64,000 nucleotides of DNA, taken from NCBI GenBank assembly GCA_905178155.1, contig CAJINV010000005.1, positions 9,021,222-9,085,221 on the forward strand. The letters run 5' to 3'. Below, in pieces: positions 1 to 13,205 of this stretch. The notes under the pieces were generated by a model. The model had not been told where the DNA came from, made no database searches, and worked only from the letters and a program-made list of their open reading frames with translations. Position 1 is the stretch's first letter. Each line of letters opens with the position of its first letter. The translations under genes were made by a program, and so were the position numbers. The stretch comes from Amoebophrya sp. A120 (taxonomy: Eukaryota > Protista > Dinoflagellata).

Positions 1-113
1 GCCGTGAGTGGTGGCGAACCAGAACAAGCAAGCGCAGCTTGGGTGTCGTGCGAGTGCGTCGGAGCCTGATATTAACGAAGAGGAATTGTTCGTAATGTCT
101 GGTCTGCGAACAA

Positions 114-3100
114 TCACACTCGTAGACGCAAAACACCCAAGTATACACAAAAAAACGCACTGGACATGTGTCTACTTTCTATTCTTACCTCTTCTCCTAC
201 CGCCTGTTCCTTGTCCCAACCAGATTCCGCCATCGTTCCGTAAGACCCCGCCAGTTTGTCCTCTTCAAAACCACTTTGCTGCTCCTTTCCCCGTATCAAA
301 TGCAAATATGTGTGGGTCTGGAAAAGTGCAACGTTTGTCATGCACGTTTTGCATGACGCATGAGGTCTGTGATGCATGCCCTGGCATCACAGATTCTGTG
401 AGATCTTTGCGATGCCTTTTCCGCATGAGAAACTGCCTCTTGGCTTGCTCAAAAGTGGACAGCTATCTTTGTAATCATGCAACACAGGGCTTTGCATGAT
501 TCAGACTTAGCATGACAAGTTGTACTCTTCCAGACCCAAACATATGCAATGCATACCCCGCCTCGGCGATCCGTAGTTTATTCTGTGTAAAAACGCCCCC
601 ACCCCAGAGCTGTCATGCAAGTCTGCATGCCAAGAAAGTTTCTCGTGCGGAGCCCCATAAGAAGCATTTTCTAGTCGTGTTTATTTGGAATTTGTGATGC
701 TAAAATCAGCCTGATATGCTAATTCTGTGATGCTTCTAAACTACCTCGACAGGATTACACGACGAGGACAGACTTGCCATGCGAATGAAACAAACAAAGC
801 TGACTAATTTGCCTAGCAGATTCCGTATCTTGACTCTGGTGTGGGGACGTTTTTACTCAGGATATAGTTTCTGTTTCCACCGCCATCACCTTTGTAGTAC
901 CGAAAGCAGATCGCGAAGATCCGGCGAATATCAAATGCACATATGGCTGGGTCTGGAAGAATGCAGAGGTTTGTGATGCAGCTTTGGCATGACCAAGAAG
1001 GTCTACCATGCACGCCCTAGCATTACAGGTTTTGAGAAGGTCTCCTAATGCGTAACCCGCATGACAAAGCCCTTTTTTCGGTGGCGCGAAATATGCACCT
1101 TTTGGTTTACATGCATGACAGATTTTTGTGTGATGTGAAATGCGCATCACAAGTTCGCATCTTTCCAAAACCAGACATACTGATACTTGCACTGCATAGC
1201 GAAAGATTCCATGGTACCAGCAAAAGAAGACGAACACCAAGATATCAAAAGAAAAAATCCCCCGCCCTCCCCATATCGAAAAGGACACTCGTGGTGCTGG
1301 ATATGCGTACACAAATCAGATTTGTCTTGCAGTAGAGAACTGCAGGCATATGCCAACCCTGGGAAGCGAGGGTCTTGACCACATAGGCGCCGAGCATTAC
1401 AAAGGTCCACACTGCAGACCCAACAGCATCACAAACCGCCTGCTCAATGCGGCGCAGGCTGTGCAATTGCCTCCTTGCAAGACAGATACGATTTGTGGCC
1501 ACAAATCAGCATTGCAAATTCTCTGTGGCTTCCTTTTCGATATGGGGAGGGGGGGAAATTTTTCTTTACGATACAGTACTGGCGCTGCGGCGAAAATGCC
1601 AAAGTGTAACGCCCATGGATGCTTCTGCACGAACCGCGCCAAGTCCTGCATGTCGGCTGGATTGAAAGTGTGCACGTTGAAAGTTTCTTCCCTGTACTTT
1701 GTGCTCCCGGGGCGGGTGGACCTGCTTCTTTCCGAACTGGAGTTTCCCTTGTTCATCCCGTGGTTTCCAGAGGATTCTTCTAAACCGTAGCCGTACTGCC
1801 CTTGTCCTCCGGCCTCCCCCGGACTGGTGGTAGAAGCCACAGCGGAAGAAGAAGCCGAAGTGGTTACTTCTAGCAAGGTTCTACTTTCGTCCGCTGCAGC
1901 ACGATCATCACCGGTCGTAGAGATGACTTGTGGTTCTGAGCTGGCGACTTCTGGTCCGTGAGTCTCAAACTCGGTCACCGCTACACTTTGCTCGTCGGGT
2001 GATCCACCTTTGCGCTGCTCGGAGGAGGTTTCCGAGGTGGAACTACTTGTTTTCCTGCCAGCGAGCTTCAATTCGTCTACTGCTTGAGCTTCTTTATGTT
2101 CCTGGTCCGCAGCTAGTTGTTCTTCGCTTGGGAGGAGGGGGGCGCGGGATGAAAGGGATGCAGTGTTACCGTCGAAGGTAAGCTCGAGCGCAGACGAACC
2201 CTCTTTGTTTGATGGCTTTGTCCCGCCTTCTGCTCGCGGTATCTCCTTCAATATCCCGTGTATGTACTTCTGGGCGTAGAGGATACTCTTTTTTCGTCCC
2301 TCCGTATGTAAGTGCCCTGCGTACTCTTCCTCTTCGGGAAAAAGCCCCTCAATCCTCTTCGCCAAATTTAGCTTCTCCTCAATCCAGATGGTGACGTGCT
2401 TCAGACTATCTTCATTGTGTGTCTTCCGACTCTGTAGTATCTCCTTGACATTCTCTATGATTTCGTCTTCTGCCCGCTTCTCCTCTTCTTCCTCCTTCTG
2501 TTCTTCTTGTTTGTTGTTCTGTTCTTTTTCCTTCTTACTCCTCTTTTTTTTGCCTCGCAGTACAACTTCCATCAACTCCTCCCGGAATTCCACGTAGTCA
2601 TCCCCACGGGACGGCCACGGATTGTCGATCAACGTGAGCAGAAGTTTCTTGGTCCGTTCGTCGACGACATCGGTCTTGAGTGACAAACTCTTCCGGAGTG
2701 CCAGTCTCACGCGTCGGAAGTCCTCCTTCGCCTCACCGTAGTTGGTCTTCAAGTCGTGAATGAACTCGCTACCGGATCTATCGTCGTAATAAAGTTGACA
2801 CAATACCTCTGCTACATGGGCGTAAAGATGATGATGGTAAGGATCTTGATCCTGTTGTTGATGATCATGATGATCAGGTTCGACAAGGACTCCACGTAGT
2901 ACGTGTACGTGTTTCTCCAGCTTTTCGAGTCGGACGGAGTCTGATTGGCCACGTTAATGTCGACCGGGTCCCTCTCGGGGATAACCGCCTTCAAAAACTG
3001 CACCATTCTTTCTTTAAACACTTCTCTTGTTGGTACCGACCCGAATTTGGGAGGTTCAGCATGGTACAAAGCGGATACGTGTGCTCGAATCGCAATGTTG

Positions 3101-4167
3101 TAATCCAGCGGCTTCTTGTTGCTCTTTCCTGCTGCTACGTTGAGGTTGTTGTAGTTTTCGAGAGACCACTTCTATCCCGTGTAAAAACGTCCCCACCCCA
3201 GAGTTGCAATGCTAAAGGAATTGCAGCACACTTTGCCCCCCCCTCTGCCCCAGGCCCTAGATGGCTTGACATCCCAGAGCTGTAATGCAAATCTCCATGA
3301 TTGCAATGTTTCTCATGTACTGGTGTTTTGAGATTTGTCATGCTAGCATCAGCATAGTAATATGCGAGATCTGTGATGCTGCTGCACTAGCTAAAGACGA
3401 CTACACTCCGTGCCCAAATTTGTCATGCGCAACAGCCAAAGCTTGTTGCTTTGTCTAGCGGATTTCCCGTCTTGACTATCGGGTGGGGACGTTTTTACTC
3501 AGGATAACTTTCCCAGAACCTCGTCCAAGATTTGGACGATTTCCTCAGCGGTGAGTTCTTCTATTGTCCGTACGGTGACGTCGTCCTTGTTATATCCTGA
3601 GCAAACACGTCCCCGCCCGATAGTCAAGTTGCTACTTAAGTCTGCAACACAAGTCTCCACGCTTTGGGAGTTATGCATGAGAAGCTTCCATCTGTAGTGT
3701 AGCGCTGTTTAGCAAGGACAGTCGCATAGCAAAGACGCCTGCTCATCCTGTTTACAGCATTTTTACAAATCTCACAATACGACGTACAAATTTAATTCCT
3801 CTCATGCGAGTGCGCGTTACAGATATTTCTGTAGATGCAAACATGCATGAAAACTATGGGGCGGGGACGTTTTTACACAGGATATGTTATGAAGCGTCGC
3901 GATGTAGCCGTTAATCTTCACAGGTTCACCGCCACCTCCATCGCTATGAGCTGCGTGATCTTCAATGCGCTTTCCTTCAACAAGATGCATTCGGATAGCG
4001 TCCGCCGGATCTGTATGATCCGGCTTCAACTTTCCGGCGTCGATCCATCTTCCCCGAGCAAAGTACTCCCGAAGCGCCGCACTTAGCGGGGCCGTCGACG
4101 CGGTCGTCGACGCGGTCGTCGACCAACCGAACAAATCCCCAAGAATGGAAGAGAGACGCTCACGCAT
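114..4167 (-). CDS. Multi-exon hypothetical protein with C-terminal transmembrane helix (6 introner introns); both ends uncertain
   Basis: Manual splicing joins ORF pieces 3817-4227, 2812-3069, 1397-2803 and 114-377, e.g. ...WALHFGIFAAAPVL|VFVFFCWYHGIFR|RIFAICFRYYKGDGGGNRN|YGSPRR|GKEQQSG. One apparent frameshift near 2950. Confidence 0.7.
294..555. mobile_element. Introner family A (TIR TATCAAATGCAAAAATGTCTGGGTCTGGAA-like)
   Basis: TIRs; DR ccccg/ccccg. Confidence 0.9.
579..864. mobile_element. Introner family B (TIR TATCCTGAGTAAAAACGTCCCCAC-like)
   Basis: TIRs; DR tagtt/tagtt. Confidence 0.9.
929..1198. mobile_element. Introner family A
   Basis: TIRs; DR gcgaa/gcgaa. Confidence 0.9.
1243..1573. 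mobile_element. Introner family C (TIR TAT..GAAAAATCCCCCTCCCCATAT-like)
   Basis: TIRs; DR caaga/cagta. Confidence 0.88.
3173..3506. mobile_element. Introner family B
   Basis: TIRs; DR acttc/acttt. Confidence 0.9.
3593..3884. mobile_element. Introner family B
   Basis: TIRs; DR tgtta/tgtta. Confidence 0.9.
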
Positions 4168-4820
4168 GTTCTTTTCTATAAAGGCGTGCAGCTCCCACTG
4201 CCTAAAAACGATACACTCTGTACTCAAGACCGGTGCCTAACATCGCACGTGTGAAAACAGTCGAATGAGAGCCACTGTCCATCGTGAAGACAGTCAAATG
4301 ATCGCGAACAAGCAGTTCGTCTCCACTCCTCTCACGCCCGCTCTGCTACTGGAAACACGCTGCTCTCAGCACAAACTCTCAGTAGCCTCCTGATCTCATT
4401 TCTCTATACTTTCACCCCTCTTTCAGAGTTCAACAAGCCACAAGAGCAAGCCGCGTCACGACGTGCTACTTCGACTCCGCCCCTACATCGAGGCGACAGC
4501 ACGAGAAACACTGCGCATACATGCTCATACAAATTGGCAGCGGAAATAAACCAACAACGGCACAGTAAAAGTGCGACATCGCCGCCGGTCCTTCAACCAG
4601 TGTAGAAAACGAACAGGCACCGGCTCAGCACTAATCTTTTCGCCTGTTAACGCAGACGCTCGCGTCGAACATAGTCTTCGGTCCGCGAATTAAAGGACGG
4701 CGAAATTCTTTCATTTGGAAATCCAAAGTGGTCTACGAGACTCAACACGAGTGGTCCCGTACTAAGTAGTGTCAAAATAAACCCCTAGCACAGAAACCAC
4801 AACTTCTTCTCTGAGAAGCA

Positions 4821-7800
4821 TCAGTACAGCATGTTTGATCGCGTCTGATGTGCGTTGTCAACACTACTGTCGTGAGACTGCTCCGACCGCATGGGGCCAC
4901 CGCCCGGTGTGAGAAAATTCTCTATCAAATGTAAAAATATCTGGGTCTGGAAGATCATGCAGATGTTACATGACACATGACGTCTGTAATGCATAACCTG
5001 GCATCACAGATTTTTAGTGGGCTTTCTGATGCCTATCTCGCATGAGGAATACCCTCTCCATGTAGCACAAAGTGGACCCCTCTTGCTGGTTATGCAATGC
5101 AGTTTTTTTTAGAATGCAGAGACAGCATCACAAGTTGCAATCTTCCAGACCCAGACATATTTGCATTTGATATTTTCCGCAAACTCCCGGTCCTCATCCC
5201 GTTGCATGGGAAGTCCCACTATCAAATGCAAAAATGTCTGGGTCTGGAATGTTGCCGGGTTTGTCATGCATATTCTGCATGACCCAGGATGTCTGTAATG
5301 CACGACCTAGCATCACAGATTTTTGGCAGGCTTCCTGATGCCTACCCCGCATGACAAATGCCCTCCCCGCGTAGCCCAAACTAGCCTCCTCCTGCTGGTC
5401 ATGCAATACAGATTTTTTTAGAGTCGAAAGTTAGCATCACAAGTTCCAACCTTCCAGACCCGGACATAGTTGCAATGCATACCCACGCTGACCCCTCCGT
5501 CCAGGTTGTTGCCCGGCGTTCCGTAAAACTGGTCCCGGGCGGACTGGCCGGTCTGCTATTACAATGAAAAATGCCCCCACCCCCGAACTTGGCAGCATTT
5601 GTATTGCAAACCTTGCCAAATGAAACATTCGCCCTCTTGCATCTATCAGCATCACAGGTTTCCAATCGTAAACTATACACAAAAATTTGTATTGCAAAAG
5701 ATCCCAGCAAGAGCGCCGCTTGTCATGCAAGCGATGCGCTACACGCCTAGACTCTGCATCAGAAAGATAGACTCATACTCCTTTCATGCATGACAAAAAG
5801 GCTTCTTTTGGAACTTCGCATCACAAATTCTTGCAACTTTGGGGGAGGGGGCGTTTTTCCTCTGAATATCTGCCCCAAATTATTCGTGTTTCCTCTTTGT
5901 TGCGCCGCGAAGAGGTTTTTCTGCTGATTGGCGTCAAGGTGGTGCTGGTTCATTCCCTGACCCGCGTTCTGCTGGTGCATGCCGGCTCCGGCCTGGCCCG
6001 CGGCGGCTTATCGCAACGAAAAATCCCCCCTCCCCATATTGAAGAGGTATGTTCCCGAAAATTTGTCTTGCAAGAAGACAAAGGCAGAAGCTTCCGCCCC
6101 ATTACGGAAGCGGTTTGTCATGCTGTTGGGCCTAAAGGGCAGCCGTTTGTAATGCTGAACAACTAGACGCCAACGCCCCTACCTAGTCTGGGGATCTGGC
6201 AGCAGTGCCATCCTGCAATACAAAGCTGATTTGTGTACACAAATCCAGCATCAGAAGTTCCGCTTTGATACGGGGAGGGGGGATTTTTCACTTTGATACG
6301 GCCCTGCCGGGCTCGTAAGCGTTCTCTCTCTCGTGGATCCGGCCATCTTGGTCCCATTTGGGATCGATCCAACATCTGTTAGTTGATTGTTGTCGTATCA
6401 TGAAAAATAGCATCATGACAAACTTCCTTAGTCCTCAAAATCAATCTATGAAGTTGCGAAAACCTAAAATTTGAGTTGTACTTCCACCAACACAAGAACT
6501 ATGCGCAGCACAACATTGATACTACTACAGAATAGTCATTCATCTCTACCTCGTCTCGTTGTATTTTACAGGTCCCAGATCCATCTCGTCTATCGTGGCC
6601 AGAGCGTGAAACTTAATAAAGTCCGACTCTTCCGTATCCAAGAAAAAAACGCTGTAGGTGTAACTTTTTTGGAGGAACAGCATTGCAAATTTGTCTGGCA
6701 TGACAGCAAAAACCTGTCATGCGCAGATAGTACGTGTTGAAAACGCCCTTTAATGGACCCTGCGATGCATGCCAAGCATGACAGACGCAATCATTTTGCA
6801 TGTTGCGCATCACAAATTTACACTAATAACGTTTTTTTCTTCGATATTCCGTCCTCACGCCCACGAGCCGGCAGCACAGGAGGGAATTTTCGGCTATTTC
6901 GGACTGGTCTTCCTCGTGGATAAATTTTCGCGTCGCTGGTTCAAACTATCCTGACCAAAAACGTCCCCACACCAGAGTTGTCATGCAAATTTGCATGCCC
7001 AAATTATCTCTCATGCGCAGGCCCCACACGGAGCATTTTCCCATGCTGTCTGGGCGGGCTTTGTCATGCTCTACTCAGGATGAGGGGCTAGATTTGTGCT
7101 GTAACTTTGCTAGCCAAGCACGACTATACTACAGACACAAACTTGTCATGCGAAACAGCCAAACCCTGTGGATTTGTGTTGCAAAGTCCCCATCTTGACT
7201 CTACTGGGGTGGGGACATTTTTCCTCAGGATACAAACTTGTACTTCTTCATCTGTTGACTGCTGATAAATATTCGCACCGGGCCGAAATCAGACAGGATG
7301 CCGACCTGTTGTAGTGGTCATTGTGTTATTGTCAGTTTATTTGGACCACAGGATCTCATGCTCATCTCTACCGGGAACAGCAGCAGCTTTTATTATTGTG
7401 CGCATGACAAAACGCGTTGTTTTTTTCCTCCTGTCCGTGTACGACGAACGGCAGCGCGCATGTCGACAAAGCTGCGACAACAACAAAACTGGAGCGGTTT
7501 CATTTTCATTTTTCTTCTGCCTGCTGCCTCCTGCTCCTGCATGAAAAAAACTTCTCAACTTTCTATTCTCGCATTTATTTTTCGATTTCCGCATGCGCAT
7601 CCTGTCAAACCATGCTACTAGAAAGGATGTGTAGTATCCTATCGAATTTATCATTCTCCAGGAACAAGTATTAGTAAGTACTTACCTCATGCAGCTTGGT
7701 CGCGCGGCAATAGACCACTTCGTCCTTGAATGGGCGGCAACATATGGAGGAAAATGCGACCCGGGCCAGCGCCAGACAGGTTCCGTCCTGAACCACCGGG

Positions 7801-7976
7801 TTTTCCAACAGCCGCACCGATTCCGTGTCGACGGCGATACAGTAATGCCCATCGTCCACGTCAATTTTGTTTTCGTACAGCTTCACGACGCGCTCGCGGA
7901 GGGAGAAGAGGAAGTTTGGGCCCAGGTCCTCCGGGGGGATTTCCACCCACTTCCACTGCTGCATCTCCCCGAACAT
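4821..7976 (-). CDS. RPB7: RNA polymerase II subunit RPB7-like protein with long C-terminal extension
   Basis: Spliced motifs IPPEDLGP, CRPFKDEVV, GILSDFGPVRIFISS, RLVGVRTE and ALATIDEMDLGP match RPB7. GT-AG introns at 7306-7685 and 6376-6549 plus 6 introners. Stop TGA at 4821. Confidence 0.85.
4923..5172. mobile_element. Introner family A
   Basis: TIRs; DR ttctc/ttttc. Confidence 0.9.
5220..5481. mobile_element. Introner family A
   Basis: TIRs; DR cccac/cccac. Confidence 0.9.
5557..5868. mobile_element. Introner, family C-like
   Basis: TIRs; DR tctgc/tctgc. Confidence 0.88.
6009..6298. mobile_element. Introner family C
   Basis: TIRs; DR cggct/cggcc. Confidence 0.9.
6635..6846. mobile_element. 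Introner, minor family
   Basis: TATC.AAGAAAAAA.CG TIRs; DR ttccg/ttccg; removal restores RPB7. Confidence 0.85.
6947..7232. mobile_element. Introner family B
   Basis: TIRs; DR caaac/caaac. Confidence 0.9.
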
Positions 7977-9989
7977 GGTGATAGAGGTATATAATCTTTT
8001 GCGCGCTCAACTGTTCTTGACTCGTCGTTCAAATCTTGTACCAGTTCCGCTTCTACAACTCCTCAAACAAGCGACACATGATTATAATCGGTTGTTGTAT
8101 AATGGCGGGTTATCTTCACTATCTTGACATCAGTGGTCTCTACTTCTAGAATGAAACTTTTCTATCACCATGAAAATCTTCACTGCGGTGCTACATCCGA
8201 AGATGCTAGTATGATGTCGCTTAATTTTCTTATTCTTGCCTCCCTGGTACTCTCGCTAGTACTTCTCTCCGTCCGGCATTGACGCTGTGCCACAAATGGA
8301 TTCAAATCGCAGATTTCATCAGTTCTTCGGTTGTTGTAAAAACTACACACTGTCAGCACTCGTGGTCGTCGTGTGTGTCATTAGAGCTTGACAAACAAGA
8401 AGGATGTATGATTTCAACATCCATGCTTCGTCGACGTGGAACGGAGCTTTCTGCGTGCCAGGAACAAGAACTACTTTGTAAAGGAATACTAAATGTGACC
8501 CACTTTTTGTCAGATCAGCTTGTTTAGGTGTTCTCATCTCAGCTCCTTCGAGCAACCCGTGGTCAGTAGTGATCGTCACACAGCAGGCAAGAAAAGAGAA
8601 GTAGATCCTTTTTCTGGTCATGCCGTGATCGTCTTCGGGTTGTACAACGCGGTCGTCATTTTAGGTTATTTTTTGTCCTTCTTCGAGGATACGAAGCTGG
8701 TACAAAAGAGTGAAGATCTTCTAACTACTCGAAATCGTGACTGCACCTGCTCAGACCACATTAGCTGCACTCACTCTACAACAACTCTCGGCATATAATT
8801 TCTGGGTCCGGGTCGGGCTATGAATAGCGACCTTGGTGGTCGTTTGATTATGATTACAGTAACAATTCGGTGCTGAACAAGAAGAGGAACGGAAGCGGAT
8901 TTGATCTTTATCCCCGGGGATATATTTTTTTCAACTCCGTCCGGGACTGCAGATCGCATTTAACAAAAAGCACAGAGAGGCAGATGTCTTGTTCGTTATT
9001 CTCTCTCAACTAAAACCGTTTCGTATCTATTCTGCGCGAGACGAGTTGTGCCTCGCCAAAAGCACGCTATTTTCAGCACATCTTGCTGAATGAGAATGAA
9101 TATGAAAAACGCTAGAACTGCAATCATTTCGTAACCTGATCTTTTCGTTTTCTCTCGTCAATTAACATGGACCTGTAATGTAATACTGGAATTCCCAACA
9201 TCAGCACAACCCCTAGAAGGCTTTGACTGCTATTCCATCCGCCAACCGCATGACAAACTCCTTCACGACTAGCCACCGCTCTGGTTTATCTCCTCCATTT
9301 TCTTCTCCAGCAATGCGAGGAGGTGGTCTGGGGGAGAAAAATGATTCACATCTTCACTGTGTGATTATTTTATGCATGACAGATTGCGACGCTATGATTC
9401 TTCATGCATCACAGATTCCGCCAGTGCTGCACTAAGTTGTTCTCGTCAAGCACAACTTTGGAGGCACAGAAGCCTGTTATGCTCCAACACAAGAAGAACT
9501 CGTTAATTATATGCAAAACATCCAACTACCTAGTACCCTGCTGATTTGTACTGTCTTCAGCGTGCGAAAAATCAAATCGGAGTGAGCTAGATCATTTTCT
9601 CAACCATCATAACTCGGGATTTCGGAACAGCAAATCAATGACCGACCGCTTGTCGTAGGAAGTGAAGTCGGATAGGTATCACGTTGTGGAGAAATTTCTT
9701 TTCGTGGAACTTGTCATGCGTCTTTGCATGATAGTTGAGGTGATTTTTATCTTTTCTTTCTGTTCGGAAAATTGCATGACAAACAATACCAGGCAAGCAC
9801 ACTCTGCATGACAAGCTCCACAGCTCTAAATCGAATGATTTTCTTTGTGGATAGAAACTCGATATCGTGGACGGTGGCGGGTCGCATCGTTTTTGAAGAT
9901 CGAGTATGGAAAGAAAAAAGTCTGTGAATTTGTCATGCGAATAACGCCATACCCTTGTCAGGCCTGCACTGCTCGTCGCGCATGACAAA

Positions 9990-12900
9990 CAAAGCCAATT
10001 CCTTTCCTTCTCATACACCGTTCTCCGATTCGCGACCTCCTCCTTTGCTTCGTCGATACCTTTGATTTTTTTTTGTGAATTCCGCATTACAAATCCACCT
10101 TTTCTTCGGGACTTATTTATATTTTTGTGAATCCCGGATTACAAATATCCTCGTTCTACTTAGTACAACGAGGTTCATCTTGTCCTGTAACTGTCGTGCG
10201 TGTACTAGTTCCGCAAATCAGAAGTCGAAAACTTTCATCTATTCTGCATATCAAAATGATCGCTGTTGACCAACAATCTGAATCAACACTCTGTATACAG
10301 TGCACGAAGTATTCCTCTAAAACTTTTGGTGCGGGTGTGTATCCAAGAAAAAAACACCATCACGATCACACTTAGGAGGTTTTGCATCAGAAATTTGTCT
10401 CGCATGACAAATTTTTCTTGTGTTGCAAAAACACAAAGGGAAATCGCCTATAGCGCTTGACTGTGATGCATTTCTGCGCATGACAAAAGTTTTTGCATTG
10501 CAAAAATGTGCAAAAGTGATTGTGATGGTGTTTTTTTTTTGCATAGTGTGTTCGCCAGTGTTATCTCCAATTTTTGCACTTTTCGCTTCTCCGCTTGGAC
10601 TAGCTGTATCCTGAGCAAAAACGTCCTCACACCATGGTCAAGATGGAGAACCTACTAGACAAATCAGCTAGCTTTGGGCGTTGCCCATGACGAGTTTGGC
10701 CTCGTAATGTAGTCTTGTTTAGCTAGTTCAGCAGCATCACAGACGTAGCCTATTATGCTGATTGGAGCATCACAAATTTCAAATCACGCTCAGAAAATGC
10801 TTCTCATGGGACTACACATGAGAAACGTTTTCAGCATGCAGATTTGCATGACAACTATGGGGGGGACGTTTTTAAATAGGATAAGCTGCGTCAAATTCTT
10901 GATGGTCTTGCGATACCTTTTGGTTTTTGATGTAGACAAAGACGTGCGATCGTCGGAGGGGATGCATGATAGGTCAAACAAGTTCTCAACAACAGCCGTC
11001 TATGCAAAATCTCCCATTTACCTCTCCACCATCTTTTCAGGCATGTTGCTGTGGAGTGGCATTCCCTGCTCCTCTATGGATTGCAAATATGTCTGGGTCT
11101 GGAAGGATGCGAACCCGTAATGCTGGTCTTGCACTCCTGTGAAATCTGTGTTGCATGACCAACAAAAGTGGCAGCCTCGCACGTGGTTATACAAAACGAC
11201 AACTTCTCATGATGCGGAGTTCGTATGATAAAGCGCTGTGCAGACTTGTCATGCTTTCCTGCATGATCAGGAAGTGTTTTCATCATGCACATTTTAGCAT
11301 CACAAATTTCCAGACCCAGACACTTTTGCATTTGATATCGTCATATTCTTCTTCCCCCTCCTTCTCTTCGCCAACACCTGCCCCGCCCTGCTCGAGGTTT
11401 TATGCATTTTTGCAAAATTTTGATCGCAGTATCTTAATCTTATCGGTTGCCTTCAACTTGATCTATGAACTGCATTACGAGTTTTGGCAAGGAAAAACAG
11501 GCTTGTCCTAAGTAGTTGTCAGTGCCCTCAAGGGAAGACGACCTTGTGCAAATCCAGAAGGAGAATTCACTAAATCGAAGGGCAAACTAGCATTTTGCAA
11601 GTCCTAGATTCTCTAACGCCGCCATCTCCGCTTCCATTCCGTTCCCTTCCGCCCCAAGTGTGCCCTGCTCAAATGTTACAATCTCAAGCGTTGCAATAGA
11701 ATTTGGAAATCTGTGATGCAAGAAGTGCATGATCCAGCCAAGTCTCATAGGACTGAGCATGACAAGTTCCCGAGTCCCAAACCGCATTACAATCTGCCAA
11801 AATTTGCGTTGCAGAAAGTGGAATGGTCTGCGAGTCTGTCGTGCTCATTATGCAAGACGAAATCCAGATTCTATTGCAACGTTTGAGATTGTAACGTTTG
11901 AGCAGGTCATACCCAGGTTCCCCAGCATCTGGCTCCCGCTGGCGCCGCTCAAATCCTGACTGGTTGAGGTGTTGTTTCCCGCCCCGGCCGCCGACGCTGC
12001 CAGCGCTTCGTAGGCGTGCTGCTGCGCTCGCTCCACGGAAAGCCGGAGCGACCGGTTTTGTGCCTTGGATTTTTTGATCTGGTCCTCGAGGAAGGATCGG
12101 TCGTCATCCAGTTGGTCAGCTAGTCGTTTCCATTTCTCCAGTTCCGTGAGGTATTTTTTGCACAGCTCGTCTAACCGCAGCGCTTCCTTCATAAACCACC
12201 TGATAGCTTCTTTGTTGTTGGACAAGGACAGCCACAGCCTAGTAAACCAAAACATAGAATGTCGCTCATTTCAGAAGTTCTTTCACCTGATCTGAAAAAA
12301 AACCTGCCTGTGCAAAAAAGAACAAGAAAATTCTTCCAAGTATGTAAGTACCTCAGCTCCTTTTCCAGACTCTGTATTTTCGCTTGCCTTCTCGATTTCG
12401 TCTCGTGCTCATCCGCTTTCAATTTCAGGGAGTCGAACTCTTTCTGCACTGATATCATATCCACAGTAAATTCCCTGTACACGTACAAATGCATGACAAA
12501 ACTTGCCTTCAATCCTAGTGTAGCGTGACAAGTTGGACACTGCAAGTTAGCGAAATTTGTCATGCATTTTGTACGTGTACAGGAAATTTCCATTGCATAT
12601 ATCATGTGCGTCTTGTACGCCAGGAAAAAATCCCGCTCGTGCGCTATTGTGAGGAAAAAAGTCCCCACCCCCGCAGTTCAAGAACAGATGGGAACTTTGC
12701 ATCACAAACCTAGACGTTTTGGGAGTCAGGCATGACAAGTTGCGGTCCGTAGTGTACTCAGTGCAGGCTAGCAAGGACAGCCGCATCAGAAATCCATCTG
12801 CTTGTCCTGTTGAGAGCATTACAAATGCCAAAACACGATTAGAAACAATAACAAATGCCTCTCATGGGGATGCGCACTACAAATGTTCCTGTAGATGCAA

Positions 12901-13198
12901 ACCCGCATGACAACTTTGGGGTGAGGACGCTTTTACTCAGAATATGCGCTTCCAGCAGTGCGCCGACCCGGTCATCGAGTGTGTCGGCGAGTTTCTGCAG
13001 CTCCGTATGGACGTTTAGAATCTTGCCTCCCGCGTTGTTCGGGAGAGAGTCTAACAGCTCTTCCCTTGCTTTCGCTTTATTTACCGCTTTGGGGTCGAGG
13101 CGGAGGGCGGTCAGGAAAGTTTCATTCGGGTTGTTTTTCAGCAACGCAGTGACAGAAGCTGCGTCCGGCAGCGGCGCCAGGGCGAAGTTGTCGGACAT
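9990..13198 (-). CDS. Coiled-coil protein of unknown function; 3' end uncertain
   Basis: Spliced ...LLEAH|ERDFFLAYKTHMI|SVQKEFDSLKLKADEH...SLEKELR|WFMKEALRLDELCK..., with later exons KRYRKTIKNLTQL|VQAEKRKVQKLE and LEEYFVHCI. Confidence 0.65.
10340..10545. mobile_element. Introner, minor near-palindromic family
   Basis: Long TIRs; DR gtgtg/gtgtg. Confidence 0.85.
10607..10883. mobile_element. Introner family B
   Basis: TIRs; DR agctg/agctg. Confidence 0.9.
11075..11337. mobile_element. Introner family A
   Basis: TIRs; DR tcctc/tcgtc. Confidence 0.9.
11659..11911. mobile_element. Introner family E (TIR TATG.C.TGCTCA..TGTTACAATCTCAAACGTT-like)
   Basis: About 45-bp TIRs, left end TGT; DR ccaag/cccag. 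Confidence 0.85.
12458..12599. mobile_element. Introner, short minor family
   Basis: TIRs with CCTGTACACGTACAAA; DR tatca/tatca. Confidence 0.85.
12645..12944. mobile_element. Introner family B
   Basis: TIRs; DR tgcgc/tgcgc. Confidence 0.9.
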
Positions 13199-13205
13199 GA
13201 TTGCA

